Shown: piece by piece, positions 7,027 to 16,104 of the stretch
Layout: each line of letters opens with the position of its first letter
Numbering within the stretch: the first letter of the stretch is position 1
IMG/VR virus record: IMGVR_UViG_3300021541_000005
DNA: 64,000 nucleotides
DNA from: a virus
Direction: 5' to 3' (one strand)
Translations under genes and position numbers: made by a program
Notes under the pieces: generated by a model
The model's database searches: none
Told to the model about the DNA's origin: nothing
Seen by the model: only the letters and a program-made list of their open reading frames with translations

Positions 7027-7357
7027 ACTCACAGAAAAAATACCATACCGAAAAACAATATGGATAAAAAACTTCGCAAAAACAGTCACAACAACAACCC
7101 TAGTCAGCAGCGGAATCGGATTAATCATAACAGGCCTAAACACACGCATGACTAATCAAGGATTCAGCGACGTAGAACTACAACTAGGAGTACTAAGCAT
7201 CATAATAGCAATAATAATCGTACTAATAATAGACCGTTGGGCAGAGCAAAAAAAGAAAGAAGAACTAGAAACAATCGATAAAACAATAAACGAAAAAGCC
7301 GAAGAAATAGCAGAAGAACTAGTGCTAAAACACTTAAACGAACTAGAAAAGGGATAA
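7013..7357 (+). CDS. Membrane protein, holin-like candidate
   Basis: Two hydrophobic helices and Glu/Lys-rich tail; RBS ggtgat before ATG 7013. Confidence 0.55.
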   Translation: MTSPKLTEKIPYRKTIWIKNFAKTVTTTTLVSSGIGLIITGLNTRMTNQGFSDVELQLGVLSIIIAIIIVLIIDRWAEQKKKEELETIDKTINEKAEEIAEELVLKHLNELEKG

Positions 7358-7360
7358 CTC

Positions 7361-8074
7361 ATGGCAATAACAGAATGGTCGGAAAACATACACGAACTGC
7401 AAGAAGGCGAAGTATTAAGGGAATGGTGCTATTTAGAACCTTTTATGTGGTTTAATGGAAGTTTAAGAGATTATTCTAAATTATTAGATTATGCATTTAA
7501 AAAACAATATGCAGAAGATATGCCGAAGAGATGCAGACCCTATGAGGATTTCTTAGAAAATCATCCTATTAATTTTCATAAGGATGATATTAAGAAAAAT
7601 AAGCCTCCTAGCGAAATTCAGTTGCAACACTGGTCAAATGGTTCTAATTGTAAAGCTACTATTAAACACACGTGGGCTGAACGTAGAATTTCTTTTAGAA
7701 AAGCAGTAGCACATGAAGCTACACTAGCTGCTGCTGCGGAGTATGTTGATTTTATCCCGACCATGATTAAAGGAGTAAAAGAAGGTTTTAACAATGCTAC
7801 ACAAATTGCTAAAACTGAAAAAATGGAGGGGAAGTTCACATCTGCTAAGGCAGAATCAAATTCAAAAGCTAAAAGCATGGAGATAAATAGCTTCCGTACT
7901 TTAGCTGGTTTTGATGATGCTCCTAAAAAACAAGAAGTTTCTATGGATGCTAAAGTGGATGCTGAAGCTGAAGTGAAAACTGATTTTCAAAGGGACATGG
8001 ATGAATTCCAGGAAAAAATATTATCCGGAAAACTCTCTGAAAGAATAAACCAAAAATTAGCCAAAGAAGACTAG
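7361..8074 (+). CDS. terS: Probable terminase small subunit
   Basis: Position directly before TerL; helical HTH-like N half ending W-x-ER. Confidence 0.55.
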   Translation: MAITEWSENIHELQEGEVLREWCYLEPFMWFNGSLRDYSKLLDYAFKKQYAEDMPKRCRPYEDFLENHPINFHKDDIKKNKPPSEIQLQHWSNGSNCKATIKHTWAERRISFRKAVAHEATLAAAAEYVDFIPTMIKGVKEGFNNATQIAKTEKMEGKFTSAKAESNSKAKSMEINSFRTLAGFDDAPKKQEVSMDAKVDAEAEVKTDFQRDMDEFQEKILSGKLSERINQKLAKED

Positions 8075-8078
8075 AGCA

Positions 8079-9548
8079 ATGGAACCCTTAACTATTGATG
8101 AATTCGCACAATTAGTAAGCAGAGGAGCTTGGAAACCATTCATACACTTATTACTAGTGGTTAAGCTATTACATTATGTAATAGAAGGTCGCATATCACG
8201 TTTAATGGTATTCATGCCTCCAAGACATGGTAAATCTGAGCTAATAAGTTACTATTTTTTAACATGGTTCCTAGGGTGTTTTCCTGATAAACAGGTAATA
8301 CTCACTACTCATAGCGCTAATTTCAGTCGTAAATGGGGTCGTAGAGTACGTAACCTTCTAGAATACATAGGAAAAGATGCATTTGAAGTTCCTATAGTAC
8401 TGGCTGAAGACAGTAAAGCTGCTCATACCTGGAACATTAAAGACCATAAAGGCGGTCTTGTCACAGCAGGTGTTGGTGGATCTATTCTGGGTGAGGGTGC
8501 AAATGGTTTCATCATAGATGATCCAACTAAAGGTTTCAAAAAAGCAAGAAGTAAAACACATCAAAAAGAACTAAACGATTGGTGGTTTACAGAAGCTAAA
8601 ACCCGTTTAAATGCAGATATTGAAGGTGGAAGTAAACCATGGGTAATAGGAATATGGCAAAGACTTAACATAGACGATTTAGCCGGTCAAATATTATACA
8701 AAAAAGAAGGAGACAAACGTGTACCAAATGAACCTCACATAACCTATCAAGAGGCTATGAGAATAATAGAGGAAGAAAACGAGGATGTACCTTATGGAAC
8801 ATGGGTAATCTTAAACTTACCTGCTATAGCTGAAGAAAATGACCCGTTAGGAAGAGCTCCTGGAGAGCCATTATGGCCAGAACAAAAACCATTAGAAGAA
8901 CTCCAACACATTAAAACTGAAATGGGTAGTTTCAGATTCAACGCAGTATATCAAGGAAACCCACGTGAACCTGAAGGTAATGTATTTTTCCGTAAATGGT
9001 TTCGTAACAGTAAAATGTCACCTAAAGAAATGGATAAGCTCATTGTTAAATTACCTACATTACGATACTGGGATCTTGGAGCTTCAGGTGAGGATGGAGA
9101 TCCAACAGCAGCCCTGTACACTGCATGGGATGGTGAATATATGTACATGAGAAAACTCTTACATAAAGGATTAACCCCATTACAGGTTGAAAAATACTTC
9201 CTAGACACTACTCTACGTGATGGTAAAAGTACACGTGTTAAAATAGAGCAAGAACCTGGTGCATCACCTAAAGTTTTAATCAATAACTTAGCACGTAGAA
9301 AAGAATTCAAAGGTTATAGTATAAGGCCGGATAGAGTAAGGGATTATGGTGATAAATTAACACGTAGTTTTGACTTGCAGGCATTAGCAGAGGCTGATAA
9401 AGTACGTATTTCAGAAGATATTTTTGACATGGTGGTTGATGAATTAGTTGAATTCACTGGTGAGGAAGGAGGCCAGGACAATATCACAGATGTAGCAACT
9501 GGTTCTGCCCGCCATTGGAAGCGTAGACGAGCTAAAATACACGCATAA
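8079..9548 (+). CDS. terL: Terminase large subunit
   Basis: Walker A MPPRHGKSE, Walker B FIIDDP, C-terminal RNase H-like YWDLG...D and QDNITD. Confidence 0.95.
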   Translation: MEPLTIDEFAQLVSRGAWKPFIHLLLVVKLLHYVIEGRISRLMVFMPPRHGKSELISYYFLTWFLGCFPDKQVILTTHSANFSRKWGRRVRNLLEYIGKDAFEVPIVLAEDSKAAHTWNIKDHKGGLVTAGVGGSILGEGANGFIIDDPTKGFKKARSKTHQKELNDWWFTEAKTRLNADIEGGSKPWVIGIWQRLNIDDLAGQILYKKEGDKRVPNEPHITYQEAMRIIEEENEDVPYGTWVILNLPAIAEENDPLGRAPGEPLWPEQKPLEELQHIKTEMGSFRFNAVYQGNPREPEGNVFFRKWFRNSKMSPKEMDKLIVKLPTLRYWDLGASGEDGDPTAALYTAWDGEYMYMRKLLHKGLTPLQVEKYFLDTTLRDGKSTRVKIEQEPGASPKVLINNLARRKEFKGYSIRPDRVRDYGDKLTRSFDLQALAEADKVRISEDIFDMVVDELVEFTGEEGGQDNITDVATGSARHWKRRRAKIHA

Positions 9549-9575
9549 TTAATTTAAATAGGAGATGAATAAACG

Positions 9576-11183
9576 ATGGTTAAATCAGAATCATGGATAG
9601 TAACAGTAGACGAAACTACTGGTGACGTTAAAGATGTTATAAGCGAAATTGAAATGGGCAAATATGCTATAAAAGCAGATGTTGACCCTACTACGGGGAG
9701 TAAACAAACACCTAGTGATCATTATGCTCATGGAATAACAGTTATTGACCCGAAATATAATCCTTATAATTTAATTGAATTATTAGATTTGTATAGTTAT
9801 CATGCTGATTGTGTTGATGCTGTTGCAACAGACGCCAGTGGTGTAGATTATACATTGAAACCTATTGAAGGAAAAGATGAAGTTGAAAGTGAGAAAATAA
9901 GATTCACAGAAATATTAGATAATAGTAAACCTTCAATTAATATTCACATTCACCGTATGATTTATGACCGTAGAAGCATAGGCTATGGTGCAATGGAAGT
10001 AATAAGAGAATCCACTAGTAAATCACCTATAACACGTTTAAAACACATACCATCACACACATTACGCCGTCATACAGACATGAAAAGAGTATTATACACA
10101 GATGACACAGGAAAAAAAGTCTGGTATGTGCTATATGGTAAAAATTACGATGATGATGGAAATCCAGTTGATGTTCATATGAAGACAGGTGAATTCCATC
10201 CATATAATAGTTTAAGCATGGAAGAAAAAGCTAATGAATTATTATGGACTATGGAGTATGCTCCAGGAACAAATTATTATGGTAGACCACCAATTATAGC
10301 TACATTACCATCCATACAATCTGATTTAGCTGCGGTACGTTATAATACTACTTTTTTCCAGAATTATGGTATGCCAGCATTCGCAGTCACAGTAACTGGA
10401 GATTTCCAAGATTACGAGGAAGAGAAATATATAAAAGACGATGATGGACGTGAAATTCTCAATCCCGATTATGATGAAAAACAAACTTTAAGATACCAAA
10501 TATCACAGCAAGTAAAAGAAGTAATACGCAATCCACATTCAGCTATTTGTATTACAGTACCATCTGAAGGAGTAGACGGAGATGTAGAAATTAAAATCAC
10601 TCAATTAAGTGTTGACGTTAAAGAAGGCTCTTTCAGAATGATGAAAAAAGACATACGTGATGAAGTAATACACGCTCACCAGGTTGACCCTTCACGTTTA
10701 GGTATTTTTGACAGTGGCAATTTAAATGGTACTAATTCTGAAGTCACTAAAGCATCCTATAAGTATGGTACTATTGCACCAATTAAAACTGAAGTTGAAT
10801 CTATGATAAATCAGATAGCAGCTGAATTAAAAGTGACTAGTTGGAAATTTGTTATTAATGATGTGGATCCAATTGACCATAGCCCACGTAAAGATTTAGC
10901 TGATTTTTTATTTGCACGTGGTGCAATGACTATTATGGATCTGATTAATAATTTTGGTGATGAATTCGGTTTGGCTGTTGATGACCCAAATGACCCTTAT
11001 TTGAACAGTAGATTCATTAATAATATCCCGTTGGAGCAAGTTTTCAATCAATCAGAACAGAATAGTTACTTGGAAGAAAAGAGTATTTTGAAGGCTTTGG
11101 ATGGTAATCTCTGGCAAGACTCTGAAGAGGATGATGATTTTTTAGGAGTTAACAATGACACAGGAATTGGAGAAACAGATTAA
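9576..11183 (+). CDS. Portal protein
   Basis: Follows TerL; FFQNYGMPAFAVTVTG and AHQVDPSRLG portal-type motifs. Confidence 0.9.
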   Translation: MVKSESWIVTVDETTGDVKDVISEIEMGKYAIKADVDPTTGSKQTPSDHYAHGITVIDPKYNPYNLIELLDLYSYHADCVDAVATDASGVDYTLKPIEGKDEVESEKIRFTEILDNSKPSINIHIHRMIYDRRSIGYGAMEVIRESTSKSPITRLKHIPSHTLRRHTDMKRVLYTDDTGKKVWYVLYGKNYDDDGNPVDVHMKTGEFHPYNSLSMEEKANELLWTMEYAPGTNYYGRPPIIATLPSIQSDLAAVRYNTTFFQNYGMPAFAVTVTGDFQDYEEEKYIKDDDGREILNPDYDEKQTLRYQISQQVKEVIRNPHSAICITVPSEGVDGDVEIKITQLSVDVKEGSFRMMKKDIRDEVIHAHQVDPSRLGIFDSGNLNGTNSEVTKASYKYGTIAPIKTEVESMINQIAAELKVTSWKFVINDVDPIDHSPRKDLADFLFARGAMTIMDLINNFGDEFGLAVDDPNDPYLNSRFINNIPLEQVFNQSEQNSYLEEKSILKALDGNLWQDSEEDDDFLGVNNDTGIGETD

Positions 11184-14100
11184 ACATATTAATAATAGTT
11201 TATTTGCTGCTAAAATGGAAAATATCATACAATACATGTATGAAGAGGAATTAAAAACAAGTGTAGCTGGAATATTCCATAGTATCCGTACAGAAATACT
11301 CAAGAATCTTGAAGAGTATTACGGTGATGTGCTGTTTAATGCACACATGGATTTAATATTAGCACCCATACATGAGCATCACAAACAATACTATGACACC
11401 ATAATGAAATACAAGCTCAAAGAGCATAGAAAAGGACGTGTTCAAGGAAAAAGATTAATTGCACGTGCTAAACAGTACGCCAAACAATACAGTAAAGCTT
11501 ATTATGGTGGTGCTGTTAAAGAGGACACGATTAATGTTCCTATGAATAGCATAATCAAGAAAGATGAATTATTTGCTACTTCAGACTACAGTGCTGAACA
11601 AATGCGTGACAAGACATTTGTTGCAAGTGAAAACACCTTAGCACGTGTAGATAAAGATATTAACGGCATAATCACAGATGGCTACCGTGATGGATGGGGT
11701 ATAAACGATGTAGCTAACAAGATAGAAACCCGTTTCAACCAGCTAGAAACATGGGAAGCACGACGCATAGCAAGAACCGAAATACACGGGTCACATATGC
11801 AAGGAGTAATGAACTCATATGAAGACATGGGCGTAGAATACTTACAATGGGGAGCAGCACATGACAACCGTACACGTGACACACATGCAGCATTAGACGG
11901 TGAAATCATACCCTGGAACGGTGTTTTCAGTAATGGTTTAAGGTATCCTGGAGATACAAATGGTCCGATTAGTGAGTGGATTAATTGTCGTTGTGGTGTT
12001 TTACCGTGGTTTTGTCCTCCTGGTATGATGGTGCCTGTGGGTATGTCTAATTTTAGGGAGTCTGATTTATTACCTTTAGGAACATTAGGAACCGGTGGAG
12101 ACTTATTAACACAATTCCAAGATGAAGTCTCAGCAATACCAAAACAATCATCATCTTTTGACTTAGACATTATTAATCCTAAATTAATTGATTCTAAATT
12201 CTCAATACCTAATGAAGATTTATCAGAATTTGGAATAACTGAAAAAGGAATGGAAACAATTCAAAGATATACTAAACGTAGAATTGGCTCTGATATAGAA
12301 TATGGTGTAGTATTCAATGAGAAAAACGGTAAATTCTTATCTAAAGAATTTAAAGGAGCTAGTAATGATATAGTATTAACCAAACCAAATGGAAAATATA
12401 GTACAATACACTACCATACTGATGAGGGTTTTAGACCTACATCTTCAGGAGATTTCTTTGAATTCTTAAACTCAAAAAATGAACGTGTAGGAATAAATAT
12501 CTCAAGAAAAGAATCATGGTTCATAAAAAATGAAGGCAAATTAACTTCTAAAGAAATTAATAAAATAACTGTAGATATTGATAGATTAGAACAAAAACAA
12601 TTAAAAAAGTTAACCGATGAATATCGTAAGTCATCACTTAAAATTAATAAGATTAAAGACCCTGTTAAAAGACAATCCGCTCAAAAAGAATTTGAAAAAT
12701 ATGTTGCAAATGAATTCTTAGACAAACATAATAAAGAATTAGGTGATGCAATACTTGAATATACATCAAATATCAAAGGATTAAAAGTAAAAAGAGTAAT
12801 GCATACAGAAATAAATCCAAAATCTATTAAAACAATAAGTAAAAAAGAATTAAAAGTAGATAAAAGAAGTTTTGAAGAGTTAACTGGTGTTAAAAGACAT
12901 TCAACACCAATTAATAATAAAGACTATAATAAATATGCTTTGACATCGGTTGAAGAAAAAACATTAGCAAAATTAGAAGCTGAAAAAGATTCATTAGGTA
13001 TGATAGAAAAACGTAGTTATAAGGAATTGGCAGATAGAAAAGAATTCAACTCATTATGGAATAAAATATTACGTGAAGGAGGAAATCCTAATGATGTAAT
13101 GGAGCTATCTGGGGGAGAGGGTGTAAGATATGAAAAATTAATGAAAAAATTCAAAGATTGGACTCCAAAAGGCGACATTGAAATAAAACCAATACAAATT
13201 AACAAAAAAACTATTTTTAAAGATAAAGATGCATTCAAATTAACATCTGAAGAAAAACAAGCATACAAAAAACTTAAAAAGAACAAAGGTAGCTTGTCAA
13301 CGGATGAAAAAGAATACTACTCTCAATTATCAACTAAATTACAACTCCATCAAAAACATCAAGAATTGATTGGAAACGGTTTGAGTGAAACTAAATCTAA
13401 AACATATGTTGAATTGTATTCTCGATATCGAAAACAATGGAATTTACCTGAATTATCCCTTGATTTAAAATTCACTACACAACAAAAATCATTTATTTCA
13501 TATGATTATTATAAGAATGCTACAGAATTTAAACTTACTAAAAAAGAAGCAGATAAATTATATGAATTAGAGAAAAAACAATTATACGGACGAAAATTAA
13601 CTTCAAATGAATTAAAAACAATGGATGAATTACATAATCAACAAAGATTCATTTACTTGAATAATATTAATCAAACAGAAAAAGGTTTAGATTATGATGC
13701 TACTATTGAGTTTAAAAAATTATATAAATCATTAAAAACAAAACTTAAATTAGATAAAAGTGTTTTAGAGCAACCTTTAACAGGGTATGAATCTAAAATT
13801 TCTTTAGATAAAAATCCTAAGAATTTAAAAACATTTAAAGGCACTAATGAGGAAGGTTTACTCCCGAATGGTGAATCCTTAGAAAAGTATTTCACTAAAG
13901 ATGCACGTGAAATGACCATACGTGAACAAAAAGTAGCGGATAGATGGTTGGGTTCGGATTATAAAGCATTCACTAACTTTGAAGTGGATTGTGGGCGTGA
14001 TGTTAAGAAATTCGAGAAATGGATTTATGACATGGCCAAAGCATACAAAGAAGACAATTCATTAAAATATTATCAGTATTATTATGATGAAATAACCAGG

Positions 14101-14580
14101 AGAACAGGTAGAATATCAAAATCTGAAGCTAAAAAATTAGCAGAATCTATTGCTCATGATGTGCCTGTTTTAGATGATATATTAAATAATCAATTGAAAG
14201 AAGGTATGACATTATGGCGTGTACAAGAGAATCATAATTTAAGTTCCACCACGATTGGTGAGGTTATGGATTTCCCTAATTTCAGATCTACAGCTATTTC
14301 CAAAGAAGGGGCATTATGGTTCAGTAAAACTAACGCTAAAGAGATGAATTATTTAATTGAAATTGAGGCTCCAGCAGGTACTAAAGGAGCATATTTAGCT
14401 CCAATAAAACAAGGAGAAATAATAAATCCAACATCTCCTTTCGTAGGAGAGAAATATGCGAATGAAATGGAATTTTTATTAAAAAAATCTAAAGTAGAGT
14501 TGGTTAAATTCGAGGATAAAACTGTTAAAGGTGCTAATGGTGAAAAATTAAAACATATACTGTTAAGAATAGTGGGATGA
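11155..14580 (+). CDS. MuF/SPP1 gp7-like minor head protein fused to JAMM-like, helical-repeat and ADP-ribosyltransferase domains
   Basis: ARRIARTE, W-x4-D-x-RTR-x2-H and INCRC MuF motifs; HYH-x8-S-x2-D; TLWR / FRST / NEME R-S-ExE triad. Confidence 0.9.
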   Translation: MTQELEKQIKHINNSLFAAKMENIIQYMYEEELKTSVAGIFHSIRTEILKNLEEYYGDVLFNAHMDLILAPIHEHHKQYYDTIMKYKLKEHRKGRVQGKRLIARAKQYAKQYSKAYYGGAVKEDTINVPMNSIIKKDELFATSDYSAEQMRDKTFVASENTLARVDKDINGIITDGYRDGWGINDVANKIETRFNQLETWEARRIARTEIHGSHMQGVMNSYEDMGVEYLQWGAAHDNRTRDTHAALDGEIIPWNGVFSNGLRYPGDTNGPISEWINCRCGVLPWFCPPGMMVPVGMSNFRESDLLPLGTLGTGGDLLTQFQDEVSAIPKQSSSFDLDIINPKLIDSKFSIPNEDLSEFGITEKGMETIQRYTKRRIGSDIEYGVVFNEKNGKFLSKEFKGASNDIVLTKPNGKYSTIHYHTDEGFRPTSSGDFFEFLNSKNERVGINISRKESWFIKNEGKLTSKEINKITVDIDRLEQKQLKKLTDEYRKSSLKINKIKDPVKRQSAQKEFEKYVANEFLDKHNKELGDAILEYTSNIKGLKVKRVMHTEINPKSIKTISKKELKVDKRSFEELTGVKRHSTPINNKDYNKYALTSVEEKTLAKLEAEKDSLGMIEKRSYKELADRKEFNSLWNKILREGGNPNDVMELSGGEGVRYEKLMKKFKDWTPKGDIEIKPIQINKKTIFKDKDAFKLTSEEKQAYKKLKKNKGSLSTDEKEYYSQLSTKLQLHQKHQELIGNGLSETKSKTYVELYSRYRKQWNLPELSLDLKFTTQQKSFISYDYYKNATEFKLTKKEADKLYELEKKQLYGRKLTSNELKTMDELHNQQRFIYLNNINQTEKGLDYDATIEFKKLYKSLKTKLKLDKSVLEQPLTGYESKISLDKNPKNLKTFKGTNEEGLLPNGESLEKYFTKDAREMTIREQKVADRWLGSDYKAFTNFEVDCGRDVKKFEKWIYDMAKAYKEDNSLKYYQYYYDEITRRTGRISKSEAKKLAESIAHDVPVLDDILNNQLKEGMTLWRVQENHNLSSTTIGEVMDFPNFRSTAISKEGALWFSKTNAKEMNYLIEIEAPAGTKGAYLAPIKQGEIINPTSPFVGEKYANEMEFLLKKSKVELVKFEDKTVKGANGEKLKHILLRIVG

Positions 14581-14584
14581 TAAA

Positions 14585-14905
14585 ATGAAAAGAGCAGAAA
14601 TTATTAATATAAACTATTTGATTGATCATGCTGAAGATATTATAAATAACACTACTGTTCTATTTCCTCAATGGTTGTGGCGTAGATCCAAATGTTCTGA
14701 TGATGGTGAGCAGTTGCAGGATATTTGGGATCGTATGTATCAAAAACATCAAAGAGAAAGTGGCAATTGGTATATTTTCGGTAGAGGTGATCCTTGGATT
14801 AACCCTGGTGAAACATGGGACGAAGCTCAAGACCGCATAGTCAGAGAATATTGTGAAGCCACTGGCCACTGGGATTTATTCATATGGAAAGAGGTGAAAG
14901 AATGA
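14585..14905 (+). CDS. Orphan protein, candidate immunity protein 1
   Basis: Immediately downstream of the toxin-like domain, no structural motif. Confidence 0.5.
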   Translation: MKRAEIININYLIDHAEDIINNTTVLFPQWLWRRSKCSDDGEQLQDIWDRMYQKHQRESGNWYIFGRGDPWINPGETWDEAQDRIVREYCEATGHWDLFIWKEVKE

Positions 14906-15420
14906 AAGTACTTCAATTTGATTCACATTTCATCAATGATCATATGGATGAATTAGTTCATTTGGAAGACTATGTACCAGAAATATTATTTAGTTATTAT
15001 GATAAGCAAAATGAACGTGATAGATTCTTAAAATCTAAAAATTTATTAGAAACTATACATAAGATAGATCAATTATTGGATGAAAAATGTAAACTTTCAA
15101 AAAATCCAATTATGATAAGGAATAGTATTATCATTGAATGGTTAGATTGTCATCCTGAATTTGAAGGAATAATAGCTGGGGAATTCTGGGAAAAGTATCA
15201 AATGATGAAAAATAATAATGATTTTATTGAGTTTATTGATCTTTTATCTCAATTCAAATTTGCTTCTGAAGAACAAATTATAGCAAAATATGAATATCGT
15301 AATGATGTTATTCATAAAGATGATTCTAATAGAATGTTTCCTGATTTTAAAAAAATTGATGCTATTTTTAATAAATATGGGGCTTCTTTATTAGCATGTT
15401 ATTTATCAGAGTTTGTTTAA
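14902..15420 (+). CDS. Orphan protein, candidate immunity protein 2
   Basis: RBS gaggtga before ATG 14902, ATGA overlap; very AT-rich. Confidence 0.5.
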   Translation: MKVLQFDSHFINDHMDELVHLEDYVPEILFSYYDKQNERDRFLKSKNLLETIHKIDQLLDEKCKLSKNPIMIRNSIIIEWLDCHPEFEGIIAGEFWEKYQMMKNNNDFIEFIDLLSQFKFASEEQIIAKYEYRNDVIHKDDSNRMFPDFKKIDAIFNKYGASLLACYLSEFV

Positions 15421-15428
15421 TTTTTTTT

Positions 15429-15500
15429 AGTCCTATGGTGTAATGGCAATCATGGTGGGTTTTGGTCCCGCTGACTCAGGTTCGACTCCTGATAGGACTA
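15429..15500 (+). tRNA. tRNA-Gln (anticodon UUG), no encoded CCA
   Basis: AGTCCTA/TAGGACT acceptor, GTGGG-TTTTGGT-CCCGC anticodon arm, TCAGG-TTCGACT-CCTGA T arm. Confidence 0.95.
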
Positions 15501-15514
15501 TACAACTTTTTTTG

Positions 15515-15598
15515 GGTAGAATAGTCAAGTGGTCAAAGACGATGTGCTTAGGACTCATTCCTTTAGTAGGTCCGCAGGTTCAAATCCTGCTTCTACCA
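15515..15598 (+). tRNA. tRNA-Leu (anticodon UAG), long variable arm, no encoded CCA
   Basis: GGTAGAA/TTCTACC acceptor, loop CTTAGGA, variable arm CCT-TTAGT-AGG, GCAGG-TTCAAAT-CCTGC. Confidence 0.92.
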
Positions 15599-15895
15599 TT
15601 AACAATAATTTTTTGTGTTCACAAATAGGGCATGCTCCTTGCTTCTTTAAACTTTTTTTAACGGAAAACCTTCAAAAAAGCAAAATAACACTGGATGTTG
15701 TTGTTGAGGAAAATATTTTGTTTTCTGTGATTAACTGGTTTTCCATGCTTATTTTTTATTTTTGTTTAAGATTTATTTTTTTATTCGGGTAACTGTTCAT
15801 TTGGAAAAATTAAAACCCCGTATTTTCATTTTTCGTGTTTAATATTTTTTTAAAAAACTGTAATAATGTTCAAAAAATACCCTTAAAAAAGCAGG

Positions 15896-15925
15896 TTTTA
15901 TTTTTATGAGAGTGTATAATGAAGA
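15896..15925 (+). promoter_or_regulatory. 30-bp motif copy 2 (candidate late promoter of the head operon)
   Basis: Identical to 6138..6167; partial inverted copy TATACTCATAAAAA near 16043-16056. Confidence 0.6.
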
Positions 15926-16104
15926 AAGATATTTTTTTCTTCAAAATTTTGAACATATAGGAAAAAAGAGTATTAACATTTTTTTTCTAAAAAACACGAG
16001 TATACATAGTTAAATTTTAAAATTGGTATGGTACGACTTCTATACTCATAAAAAAAATTTAATACTCTATAATTTCTTCTTAATAAACTAATTTTAACCC
16101 AAAA

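Noticed and set aside
8690-8810. Intein or intron in the terminase (extra segment KKEGDKRVPNEPH...)
   Set aside because: Short insertion with no Cys/Ser...His-Asn splice motifs and no frame break
11682-12170. Minus-strand ORFs inside structural genes (also 16641-17105, 17151-17672, 20814-21131 and others)
   Set aside because: Antisense shadows of well-supported plus-strand genes, with no RBS or recognisable motif
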